A stretch of 64,000 nt of DNA from Promethearchaeati archaeon. Lineage in GTDB: Archaea; Asgardarchaeota; Heimdallarchaeia; Heimdallarchaeales; Heimdallarchaeaceae. Where the stretch lies: NCBI GenBank assembly GCA_013166775.1, contig JABLTJ010000004.1:1-64000 (forward strand), written 5' to 3'. The stretch's first letter is position 1, and the number at the start of each line of letters is the position of its first letter. Below are positions 9,240 to 18,389 of this stretch, one piece after another. The notes under the pieces are model-generated. The model ran no database searches, was not told where the DNA came from, and was given only the letters and a program-made list of their open reading frames with translations. A program made the translations under genes and the position numbers.

Positions 9240-10205
9240 TTGATGAATAAAGATAAAAAAGAATATCCCAAAGTTAAACCAATTGATTTGAAAGATGACT
9301 ATTCTATTGAGAATTTGATTGAAGAATTTCAACAATCTGGAGTTTTTGGTCCTGGGAGAGTTGGAAAAGCTGTTGACATTTATGCGAAAATGATTAAAGA
9401 GAAAGCAGTAATTTTCCTTGGGTTAGCTGGAGCCTTAGTTCCTGGAGGTATGAGACAGATCATTACTGAAATGATTCGAAAGGAAATGGTACATGTAATT
9501 GTCTCAACTGGAGCTAATATTACTCATGATATTATAGAAGCTGTTGGTGGAAAACATCTCAGACAAATACCTTACAAGTCTGATAAAGAGTTGAGAGAAA
9601 AATCTATTGATAGAATATATGATGCTTTTGTTGATGATGAATCTTTTATGAAATTGGAGGATAATTTGAGACCAATCTTTGAAGATATTTGGAATAATCA
9701 TAAAGATGAAAATAACTCCTTAACACTCCCATCATATAAATGGTTAGAATTAATTGGTGAAAGAATCAATGATAAAAACTCGTTTGTTAGAACAGCTTAT
9801 GAAAAGAAAGTACCAATTTTTGTTCCAGCAATTAGTGACAGTATTCTAGGATTACACATGTGGCTATTTTCTCAAACTCATAAGATACTCATAGATGACT
9901 TAGCAGATTTAGGGAAAGTTCAACAACTAGCATGGGATGCAAACAAAGCAGGAACTTTATTTTTAGGTGGTGGAGTTCCTAAAAACTACATTTTTCAATC
10001 TCGTCTTATGTCTCCAAAATCCTTTGATTATGCTATTCAAATTACAATGGATAGAGTGGAAACAGGAGGACTTTCAGGTGCTTCTTTGGAGGAAGCAATT
10101 TCTTGGGGGAAGGTAGATGAAGAAAGTAGTATGGTCACAGTAATTGCAGATATAACTCTAGTCTTACCATTAATCTATGCTGGAACTTTAGCTAAAACAA
10201 AATAA
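9240..10205 (+). CDS. dys: Deoxyhypusine synthase
   Basis: STGANITHD, LGGGVPKN, GGLSGA, EAISWGK with the catalytic Lys. Confidence 0.95.
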   Translation: MMNKDKKEYPKVKPIDLKDDYSIENLIEEFQQSGVFGPGRVGKAVDIYAKMIKEKAVIFLGLAGALVPGGMRQIITEMIRKEMVHVIVSTGANITHDIIEAVGGKHLRQIPYKSDKELREKSIDRIYDAFVDDESFMKLEDNLRPIFEDIWNNHKDENNSLTLPSYKWLELIGERINDKNSFVRTAYEKKVPIFVPAISDSILGLHMWLFSQTHKILIDDLADLGKVQQLAWDANKAGTLFLGGGVPKNYIFQSRLMSPKSFDYAIQITMDRVETGGLSGASLEEAISWGKVDEESSMVTVIADITLVLPLIYAGTLAKTK

Positions 10206-10233
10206 CTGACTAGTACTAGGGTAAAGTTATTAT

Positions 10234-11061
10234 TTGAAGTGCCTAAATTTATTTTATATGAGAGAGAACCGCATAAAGACCTTTGTTACTACTGAATACC
10301 TTGCAAAAAACTTAGAAAACGACGAGTACAAGATTATTGACCTACGTGATTATAAAAAATACGAGAAGAGACATATTAAAGGTTCAGTTCATATAAATAA
10401 TAATATTTTTGCTCAACAAAATGAAGATGGATTAAATATCCTTCCTAAAGAAGAAATTCTCCTGGTCAATCTTCGTGAGAAAGGTATAAACAGTAAAGAT
10501 AAACTAATTCTTGTTGATGATGTTTTTAATCTAAACTGCTCACTTGCAGCTTGGACGCTTCATTATTTTGGTTTTTTCTACGTGAATCTCCTAGATGGTG
10601 CTCTTGCTAAATGGGAAGAAGAAAATCTCCCTCTAACAACTGAAATTCCAGAATTTCCTAAGGGGGATATCAGTTTCAAAGTTGAAAATCCTGATATTCT
10701 AATCACTAAAGATGAGATTCTAATGAGCATCGATTCTGATGACATTACTTATGTCGATAACCGCTCTGAATATGCTTTACTTATGGATCAAGAAGGTGGA
10801 AATATTCCAGGAGCAATACATCATTGGTACTTAGATCTATTTGAGGAATTTCCTGATTATTTCATCCTCAAAGAAAAAAAGGATATTGAAAAGGATTTAC
10901 TAGCTAAAGGGATAAAAAAAGATAAAACAATAGTAGTTTATTGTGAATCTGCTCCCCAATCAGCTTTGGTTTATCTTGTTCTTAAGGAACTCGCTTTTCC
11001 TGATGTTCGACTATATTTAGCTGGGTATGATGAGTGGAGAATAATCTGTTCTTTTCTATAG
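10234..11061 (+). CDS. Tandem-domain rhodanese/sulfurtransferase
   Basis: IIDLR..Y..RHIKGSV, LLDGALAKW, GNIPGA, YCESA, LYLAGYDEW. Confidence 0.9.
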   Translation: MKCLNLFYMRENRIKTFVTTEYLAKNLENDEYKIIDLRDYKKYEKRHIKGSVHINNNIFAQQNEDGLNILPKEEILLVNLREKGINSKDKLILVDDVFNLNCSLAAWTLHYFGFFYVNLLDGALAKWEEENLPLTTEIPEFPKGDISFKVENPDILITKDEILMSIDSDDITYVDNRSEYALLMDQEGGNIPGAIHHWYLDLFEEFPDYFILKEKKDIEKDLLAKGIKKDKTIVVYCESAPQSALVYLVLKELAFPDVRLYLAGYDEWRIICSFL

Positions 11062-11065
11062 TATT

Positions 11066-12880
11066 TTACTTCTTTTCTTGCAGATATTTCTGCAAGACAG
11101 CATAATCGAAATTATACATTCGAGCAACTTTCTCATTTATTCTATCCTCTATTTCCCTTATCTCCTCTGTTTGGGTATTTGAATTCTTATCTAAAATTTG
11201 TATAATGTTTCTAACATCACTAGTAATGAAATCTCTTTTATTTTTATGTGGGACAGGTGTTCTTCGTAAGGGATCACTAAAGAACTCTAGCATCTTTCCT
11301 TTTCTCTTCCCTGCTTCTCTGAACCAAAACTCCATGAAACTGCTGTTTAATATGCCTAGAAGATTGAATATATCGTTTGAGTCATAAGGAGATATAGCAT
11401 AGATATCGGTTGCACCAAAGTGACCTTCATTATCTAAACTGAACTTGGGAGTGAGAGAACGATATGGACAAAGTATTTTGCTTTTCATGTTAGTAAAAAA
11501 ATTAAGATTTCTATACACACTAAAATCATACCATCGTATTTTGCCTTTATCCAATAATCGTTTTCTGTCTGGACCAGCTTCAAGATTTTCTCTATTTTCT
11601 TGCAGATATTTCATTGTATTTGGATAATCTTCTAGATTTTGAATCAATGAAGGCAAGATTGCAAATAGCTTTTCGTTGAAATCTAATTTCCATTTTTTGA
11701 TATGTTTATTTGTTACAAAAGGAACTAAAACATCTGATTCGATATGTAGCAATTCAGTAGTTTTTTTATCAAGAACAAATACGCTCTTGACTCCAGGAGA
11801 CATACCTTGAGCTACAGCTGCTATTGAAGACAGTTGGGCATAATTTGTATCGATTTCTATTTTCTTTATTTTTTGCACATATGGAGAAAGAATCCATTTT
11901 TCTTGGGTTAAATCTGAACTATCAACAGAAAAACACAAAGTTTTCACTCTTTCATTTCTGAAAAAATTTCTTGGTATTTCTTTAGTGATTTGTATTTTTT
12001 CATAAGGTGAAGTTTTTTCTAAAGTGAAAACACAGGTAGATATATTTAACCACTTGCCATCATCTTTGAATACATTGAGATCTCCGAAATCATAGATATC
12101 TAATATCTGATACTCTATTAGAATTTCTCTTAGTTTATCCGCATATTTGTTTTCAATCCAGTAATTTGGTAATATAAATGATAGAAAACCATTCAGATTT
12201 AAATATTCAAGGGAACGAATAATGAAATAATAATAGATATCCGATGAAGCTCGAAAATACTTACTCCAGATTGTTGAATTTTTCAGATATTGATACAGTA
12301 ATCGAACACTCTCATCTTTAAGAATCATTTTCTTAAGATTGAAATAAGGTGGATTTCCGATTATTACATCAAATTTAATATCTTTTGAAAAAGAATTGGT
12401 CCAAGAAAAGGGAATTAATTTTTCAATCTTATGACCTCGAAGAACTTCATAAGCATCTAAGTCTACTAGACTATTACCTGTTCTAAGGTTTTTTAGATCT
12501 TTGATTTCTAACTGTGGATATTGGTTTACTATTCTTGATTTACCTAAATCTAGTGATGATTTTTTTATTTCTACACCATATACATTTTCTTGCACAAATG
12601 ATTTCAGAAAATTATTCTGTTCCTTAAAAGATAGATTTTCGTATCTTTGAATTTTCTTCCATACAAATCGAAGTAAGCCTAAAATGAAATTCCCTGTTCC
12701 GACAGCTGGATCACAGAATTTAATCTTAAGAAACGTATCCTGAAATTCTGTAAAACTATTGTCTAGAATCCTTCCCTTTGCTTCAAGATGATTGAAAATT
12801 CTTCCAACCATAAAATCCACTACTGTAGATGGAGTAAAAAATTCTCCAGACAGCTTCTTTGCATTCACATTTCTAGACAT
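11066..12880 (-). CDS. N6-adenine DNA methyltransferase (gamma class, TaqI/Eco57I-like) with C-terminal target recognition domain
   Basis: GEFFTP, DPAVGTGNF (motif I), FDVIIGNPPY (motif IV), LLGILNS. Confidence 0.9.
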   Translation of the reverse strand: MSRNVNAKKLSGEFFTPSTVVDFMVGRIFNHLEAKGRILDNSFTEFQDTFLKIKFCDPAVGTGNFILGLLRFVWKKIQRYENLSFKEQNNFLKSFVQENVYGVEIKKSSLDLGKSRIVNQYPQLEIKDLKNLRTGNSLVDLDAYEVLRGHKIEKLIPFSWTNSFSKDIKFDVIIGNPPYFNLKKMILKDESVRLLYQYLKNSTIWSKYFRASSDIYYYFIIRSLEYLNLNGFLSFILPNYWIENKYADKLREILIEYQILDIYDFGDLNVFKDDGKWLNISTCVFTLEKTSPYEKIQITKEIPRNFFRNERVKTLCFSVDSSDLTQEKWILSPYVQKIKKIEIDTNYAQLSSIAAVAQGMSPGVKSVFVLDKKTTELLHIESDVLVPFVTNKHIKKWKLDFNEKLFAILPSLIQNLEDYPNTMKYLQENRENLEAGPDRKRLLDKGKIRWYDFSVYRNLNFFTNMKSKILCPYRSLTPKFSLDNEGHFGATDIYAISPYDSNDIFNLLGILNSSFMEFWFREAGKRKGKMLEFFSDPLRRTPVPHKNKRDFITSDVRNIIQILDKNSNTQTEEIREIEDRINEKVARMYNFDYAVLQKYLQEKK

Positions 12881-13126
12881 ATAACAGCAAATTCAATTCT
12901 CTCTATATTTTAAAATCATTTGCATCACAAAGGAGGGTACTCCCTCCCTTATCCGGTGTATTTTAGCCACTAATGGAGATAGCCATATCTAAAACAAAAT
13001 ATTCCAGCAAGACTTAAATCAATTGGAAATTTTTGCAGTTTTTTTGCAGTTTGTCATTTTTTTTCGAAGAAGTTTATAAAGAAAATAGTTAACTGAAAGT
13101 AAAAATAAAGAAAAAAAGTTAGAAAA

Positions 13127-14101
13127 TTAACAGGTGGACTTGTTAACGAGTCTAATCCATCTATCATCCACTATTTCTTGAATCTCTGTTAGCTTGCCTT
13201 TCCATTCTGGGAGGAAAAGATGCCTAAATCTTCCTTGAAGCTTCAGATATTCTTCTACAGGGATTTTCCTATCTGGATTCTTGGCAATTCTTGCAGATTC
13301 ACCAGTTAGTAACCAGTCATCTTTGTAGGTAGCATATAGTGGAAAGAAGCAAGATTTCACAGCTAGTTTTGTTGTTTCAATGGATATATTAGGTGGATAC
13401 CTTTGCCCTAGATTACATGGTGAATCCACTAGCATAAATGCTGGTCCATCTACTTTTAATGCTGTTTGAACTTTGCCCATTAAATCTCTGGGATATGCTG
13501 GACTTGCTGTGTATGTTGGTATTTCATGAGCAGCCATTATCTCCGCTAAAGGTTTACTCCACTTAACCTTTCCAGGAATAACTGAACCAGGAGGACTGGT
13601 TGTTGTAGCTGCATATTTGGGAGTACCACCAGAACGTTGAATTCCAGTATTCATGTAAGCGCCATTGTTATAGCAGACATAGAGAAAATCATGACCTCTT
13701 TCAATTGCTCCAGATAAGCTCTGAATACCTATATCGTATGTACCACCATCACCTCCAAAGACTATCATATGAGCGTCTTTGTCAGCCATTTGCTTCTTTC
13801 TTCGCATTGCATTCATTGCTTCTATTGCCCCTGAAGCAGTTGCTGCAGCATTTTCAAAAGCATTATGTACCCATGGAGCATTCCAAGCAGTATACGGATA
13901 AATTGTGGATGCTACTTCTAAACAACCAGTAGCATTAACCAGCATTATTGGTTCACCTAAAGCTTTAGCTGCTAAAGTAACTTGTCTTGCCATAGTTCCT
14001 GCTCCACATCCTGCACATAATCTATGTCCAGATGTAAGAACTTCATCCATTTTTGACCATTCTTGAAGATCTTTTACTGATATACTTGGTATTTCTAACA
14101 T
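13127..14101 (-). CDS. porB: Pyruvate/2-oxoacid:ferredoxin oxidoreductase beta subunit
   Basis: GHRLCAGCG, ATGCLEV, FENAAA, GGDGGTYDIG, YMNTGIQRS TPP-binding motifs. Confidence 0.93.
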   Translation of the reverse strand: MLEIPSISVKDLQEWSKMDEVLTSGHRLCAGCGAGTMARQVTLAAKALGEPIMLVNATGCLEVASTIYPYTAWNAPWVHNAFENAAATASGAIEAMNAMRRKKQMADKDAHMIVFGGDGGTYDIGIQSLSGAIERGHDFLYVCYNNGAYMNTGIQRSGGTPKYAATTTSPPGSVIPGKVKWSKPLAEIMAAHEIPTYTASPAYPRDLMGKVQTALKVDGPAFMLVDSPCNLGQRYPPNISIETTKLAVKSCFFPLYATYKDDWLLTGESARIAKNPDRKIPVEEYLKLQGRFRHLFLPEWKGKLTEIQEIVDDRWIRLVNKSTC

Positions 14102-14111
14102 CTATCACACC

Positions 14112-15293
14112 TCATTTCCTGTACCCTATCCAGTCTAATGTTGAAGTCATTCCGATATCATTGTAGTTTTTTGACATCTCAAGTGCTTCCTCTATTTCAG
14201 GTAAAGTTAGAACTCTTCCCCCTAGACCGTTAATATATCCATGCAGAGAAGGAATATTTTCTTTACCATAAAGAGCTGTAGAAATATCAGTTTGCATAAT
14301 AGTTCCTGGGGAACCAAAAGTAACTGATCTGTCTAATATTGTAGCAGCTTTAATTCCTGTAAGAGCTTCATACACATCTAAGGATGGAAATGGTCTGTGT
14401 AAACGTATTTTAAGAGCTCCCACTTTTTCTCCTTTTTCTCTTAAACGGTCAACTACTGCTTTAGCATTACCTGCAGTTGCTCCATAGGAAACAAGAGCGT
14501 AGTCAGCATCTTCCAGTTTGTATTTTTCTACTACTTCCATTTTCCTTCCTGATAACTCACCAAATTCTTCCATCACATCTTTTGTAACTAGATATGCACG
14601 TTGCATTGCTTCTTCTTGTTGTCTTTTAATCTCCATGTAATAATCTTGGAGAACTAAAGAACCAAAAGAAATCACCTCATCTGGGCAGAATCTATGATCG
14701 ACTTTCCTTTCAGCAGGAAGAAAATCCTCTACCTGGTGTTTAGTTAAAGTTTCTACCCTTTCAAGAGCGTGTGTAACAATAAATCCTTCAATACCAAACA
14801 TTGTTGGGAGAAGTACGTCTTTGTGTTCAGCAATTTTGAAGGACAAAATAGTTTCATCATAAGCTTCTTGAGCTGATTCACCAAAAAGAGAAACCCATGA
14901 AGCATCTCTGCAAACCATTTGATCTGTACATTCTCCATGTATGTTTATTGGTGCTGAAAAAGCTCTATTAGCTACTGCTAGAACAATAGGACACCTTAAT
15001 CCTGAAGCAACATACAAAATTTCATACATCAAAGCTAAACCTGCAGAAGCTGTTGCTGTAAAAACTCTTGCTCCTGTAAGAGAGGCACCAACACATGCAG
15101 ACATTGCAGAATGTTCCGACTCAACAGGAATGAAGGATGAATTTACTTCACCATTGTTGACAAAATCGCTGTAGCGCTCGACCACAATTGTTTGAGGCGT
15201 AATTGGATAGGCTGCCACAACATCAGGGTCTACTAGCTTTGCAGCGTATGCCACCGCTTCGTCCCCAGTCATTCCTTGTACCTTAGTTACCAT
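14112..15293 (-). CDS. porA: Pyruvate/2-oxoacid:ferredoxin oxidoreductase alpha subunit
   Basis: AAYPITPQT, ESEHSAMS, TATASAGL, RPFP, GLGGR. Confidence 0.93.
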   Translation of the reverse strand: MVTKVQGMTGDEAVAYAAKLVDPDVVAAYPITPQTIVVERYSDFVNNGEVNSSFIPVESEHSAMSACVGASLTGARVFTATASAGLALMYEILYVASGLRCPIVLAVANRAFSAPINIHGECTDQMVCRDASWVSLFGESAQEAYDETILSFKIAEHKDVLLPTMFGIEGFIVTHALERVETLTKHQVEDFLPAERKVDHRFCPDEVISFGSLVLQDYYMEIKRQQEEAMQRAYLVTKDVMEEFGELSGRKMEVVEKYKLEDADYALVSYGATAGNAKAVVDRLREKGEKVGALKIRLHRPFPSLDVYEALTGIKAATILDRSVTFGSPGTIMQTDISTALYGKENIPSLHGYINGLGGRVLTLPEIEEALEMSKNYNDIGMTSTLDWIGYRK

Positions 15294-15299
15294 CTTTTA

Positions 15300-15623
15300 T
15301 CACCTTGTTAATCTCCTCATCTCTATTGCATCAGCAGGACAATGTTTCGCACAAATTCCACAGCCTTTGCAGTATTGGATATCGCATTCGGCTTTCATAT
15401 CATCATCCATAAAGATTGCTGCATCAGGGCAGTAATAGAAACAATTCATACAACTGATGCACTTATCTTTGAAAATTACTGCTTTATGTGCAGACCAATC
15501 TCCTGTTTTGTACTCATAAGCTGTATGATATGGTACTACTCCACCTATTGGTAAATCTTCTGTTCCCCACTTTTCTTCCACCCATTTTCTAAATTCCTTA
15601 GGAGCTTCCTTTGATTTCATCAT
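15300..15623 (-). CDS. porD: Pyruvate/2-oxoacid:ferredoxin oxidoreductase delta subunit (2x[4Fe-4S])
   Basis: KTGDW, CISCMNCFYYCP, YCKGCGICAKHCP. Confidence 0.93.
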   Translation of the reverse strand: MMKSKEAPKEFRKWVEEKWGTEDLPIGGVVPYHTAYEYKTGDWSAHKAVIFKDKCISCMNCFYYCPDAAIFMDDDMKAECDIQYCKGCGICAKHCPADAIEMRRLTR

Positions 15624-16216
15624 TCCACCTCTTCATATGCTCTTTTTATTGCAGCAACATTTTTCTCCCCTAGAACTCCCTTAAATCTGTCAGTTGTAAC
15701 CTTGAGTAAACTTTCTAATTTAACTAATCCTGTTACTCTTAACAATGCTCCTAGCATAACTAAGTTTGGAACATTTCTACCTATTTCTTCAAGTGCAATC
15801 TTAGAACCAGCTACTTTGTAGATATTTGCATGCACACCCTCAAAATACTTCATTAAAGATTCTTTCATGCCCTCGAAATTGACAACAATTGTTCCTCCAT
15901 CCCTTAATCCTTCAGCTACTGGTATAGCCTCCAGCAATGTTGGATCTATAACTACAACAATATGTGGCTCATATACTTCGGTTTTTTCAGTAAATTGTTC
16001 TGCACAAATTCTTGCAAAAGAAGTCACAGGTGCTCCAGCTCTTTCTGGTCCAAATGAAGGAAAAGCATGTACATATTGTCCTTCTATTATTGCTGCTTCT
16101 CCTAGTAATCTTGAAGCAGTTACAGCACCTTGTCCTCCTCTACCGTTAATACGGACATCAATTATCTCGACCAATTTTTTCACCAATATACTAGACAAAT
16201 GCACAGTCTCGAGCAT
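15620..16216 (-). CDS. porC: Pyruvate/2-oxoacid:ferredoxin oxidoreductase gamma subunit
   Basis: GRGGQGAVTAS, FPSFGPERAGAPV, NLVMLGA. True start is probably somewhat downstream of 16216. Confidence 0.93.
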   Translation of the reverse strand: MLETVHLSSILVKKLVEIIDVRINGRGGQGAVTASRLLGEAAIIEGQYVHAFPSFGPERAGAPVTSFARICAEQFTEKTEVYEPHIVVVIDPTLLEAIPVAEGLRDGGTIVVNFEGMKESLMKYFEGVHANIYKVAGSKIALEEIGRNVPNLVMLGALLRVTGLVKLESLLKVTTDRFKGVLGEKNVAAIKRAYEEVE

Positions 16217-16394
16217 AAAGCTGTCATCGCTGTGACATTTATATAAAGCCTCTTTTGTTTTATAGAAGCATAATATTTGATTCGCTTCAGAGAAATCAAA
16301 ATTAGCTCTATGAAAGCGAAAAATACGTAGAAATTAAATCTTATGATATGTATGTCAATAAAATTCCAAAAATGAAGAATTTTTTAAAGATCAT

Positions 16395-16946
16395 TTAATC
16401 TTCTAGTGAAGTGGATTTCTCAATCATTTTTTTGGTCAATTCATAATAGATATCATTAATGTTCTGACCATTTTTTGCTGAAACTTCATAGGTTTCTAAC
16501 TCATCAAAATCATATTCTTTCTTCTTTGAGTTTGCGTATTCAAGAAGTTCCTTATCTGAGATAGCTCTTTCTTCATCTAGATCTGCTTTGTTTCCAATAA
16601 TTATTGCAGGAATTACAGTTTCACAATTTGTAAAAACTTCAGTAAACCATTTGTCAAGATTTTCAAAAGATTGATGATTTGTTAGGTCATAAACAACTAA
16701 AACACCATAGCTTCCTTTGTAATAGAGTGGTCTAACATATGAAAAACGATCATGGCTTCCAGTATCCCAAGCTTGCAATTTTACTCTTTTACCATCTATT
16801 TCAATATCCTTTACAGAAAACTCCACACCTATTGTAGGGAGATAACGTTCTCTGAACATTCCTGTTGCAAAACGTAATGTTATTGAAGTCTTCCCTACGT
16901 TTGGATCTCCAACGATGATTGTTTTAAAGAGATAATCAAATAACAA
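16395..16946 (-). CDS. Rab-like small GTPase (eukaryotic signature protein)
   Basis: FDYLFK, GDPNVGKTS, TIGVEF, KLQAWDT, YYKG, VVYDLT, GNKAD, EVSAK. Confidence 0.93.
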   Translation of the reverse strand: MLFDYLFKTIIVGDPNVGKTSITLRFATGMFRERYLPTIGVEFSVKDIEIDGKRVKLQAWDTGSHDRFSYVRPLYYKGSYGVLVVYDLTNHQSFENLDKWFTEVFTNCETVIPAIIIGNKADLDEERAISDKELLEYANSKKKEYDFDELETYEVSAKNGQNINDIYYELTKKMIEKSTSLED

Positions 16947-17089
16947 ATACCTTCACTGAATTACAAGTTCCGAGTTCTTACTTAAATATATCGAAGGTTG
17001 TAGCTCAATGGTTCAATATCAGAAGTTATCTAGATTGCTTAAAGTAATGTTGGTAATGAAAATAACAAAAAAAAGAATTCTGAAGAAAA

Positions 17090-17911
17090 CTAGAATGCTT
17101 CTTCCTCATAATAAGGAATTATCTTTCCACTAATAAATTCAAAAAGCACAGGTTCTCCTGTTAATTCCGGTTTTCCTTTTACATTTATTACTCTTGTTTC
17201 AGTAATTGGTCTTTCTGTTTTAGTCTCAGATTTAGATACTCTTATTGTAACATCACAATTATGCTCTATTGCCCTCACTAGTATCGGATCATGTGCATCC
17301 TGATGAAGAGAGAACAACGTCACAGCTCCTTCTCGTTTATTAGCTGCAAGTCTGTTTTGAAGAAAAGAAAAGATTACTTTCTTACTATCATCAGCAGCAT
17401 AAATTATAGATGATAAAGACAGCACAATACCTCGCTTTAATATTGCTTGATTTTGAACATGCAGAAAAGATCTTCTGATAGTTTCATTAATTTCTCTTGG
17501 TTGATTTAAATTATGAACTGCATGTTCGTGAGATGTTTTTACATCAGTATATCCGAAAGGATTGCTGAAAGCATCTATGAATTTTAATCTTCCAGTTGCT
17601 TCTAACATATCAGGATTTATTCCAATACCTGTCATCATTTCATTATAGTACTCATAAGGATGTTCTGTAGAGAAGATATAACCATATTCTCCAGCTTTCA
17701 ATCCTTCAGCTAGAAACTGTAGAATGAATGGATCAGCTTCTGCACCTATTTCGTCCTCTATTAAAACGTTTGAACCAGCGAGTACCCCTCCTCCAAGAAT
17801 TTCATCCAGTGTTGGAATACCAAATGAAAACAATTTTTTATCTGATGGACCAGATGGATTTGTATACATATTTATCAGCTCAAGCTTCCTTATCTGTCTA
17901 CTCTTATCCAA
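17090..17911 (-). CDS. RecA-superfamily KaiC/RAD55-like protein with degenerate Walker motifs
   Basis: FGIPTLDEILGGG...VLIE, LQFLAEGL, FIDAF, EHNCDVTI; no GxxGxGKS/T. Confidence 0.8.
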   Translation of the reverse strand: MDKSRQIRKLELINMYTNPSGPSDKKLFSFGIPTLDEILGGGVLAGSNVLIEDEIGAEADPFILQFLAEGLKAGEYGYIFSTEHPYEYYNEMMTGIGINPDMLEATGRLKFIDAFSNPFGYTDVKTSHEHAVHNLNQPREINETIRRSFLHVQNQAILKRGIVLSLSSIIYAADDSKKVIFSFLQNRLAANKREGAVTLFSLHQDAHDPILVRAIEHNCDVTIRVSKSETKTERPITETRVINVKGKPELTGEPVLFEFISGKIIPYYEEEAF

Positions 17912-17943
17912 GATATTTAAAATTTTAGTGATATCGGAAACGA

Positions 17944-18270
17944 TTATTTGAGTTTACGCGATATTTTCTTCCTAAACTTCTCATCAAGGTCATTAGGTGT
18001 CATATAATCTAATTGATAAGGAATTAGTTTAACTTGTTTCACTTGAGATTGTTGTTGAGTTTTTATAGGTCTCAAACAATTTCCTGAATCGTTTAGCTTT
18101 CTTTCTCTGCATTCAGCATAATTACACATGTAACCTAAACATTCAGCATCGTCCAATTTGCAGAAAAATGATTTCTTCCCATTTTTATTGACAATTTGTA
18201 ACATTCTTTTGCTACAGACAAAAGCTTGGCAAGTAAGCTGACACATATGGTCTTTTGATTTGGTTGTCAT
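17944..18270 (-). CDS. Cys-rich small protein (8 Cys, probable two-metal binding)
   Basis: C-x3-C-x4-C ... C-x6-C-x4-C-x4-C ... C pattern; 32 bp upstream of the RecA-fold gene. Confidence 0.7.
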   Translation of the reverse strand: MTTKSKDHMCQLTCQAFVCSKRMLQIVNKNGKKSFFCKLDDAECLGYMCNYAECRERKLNDSGNCLRPIKTQQQSQVKQVKLIPYQLDYMTPNDLDEKFRKKISRKLK

Positions 18271-18389
18271 TGAAAACTACTTGTCTAATTTATATACAGA
18301 TATTTAAATTACAATTATTTATAAATTTCTCCATTTGTTCATAAGGTAACACAGAAAACTTAAGTTATGTAACAACAATTATCATCAGA

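Noticed and set aside
12925-12992. SAM-I or fluoride riboswitch upstream of the methyltransferase
   Set aside because: Only fragments resemble the consensus and the core elements are missing; kept only as an unassigned structure.
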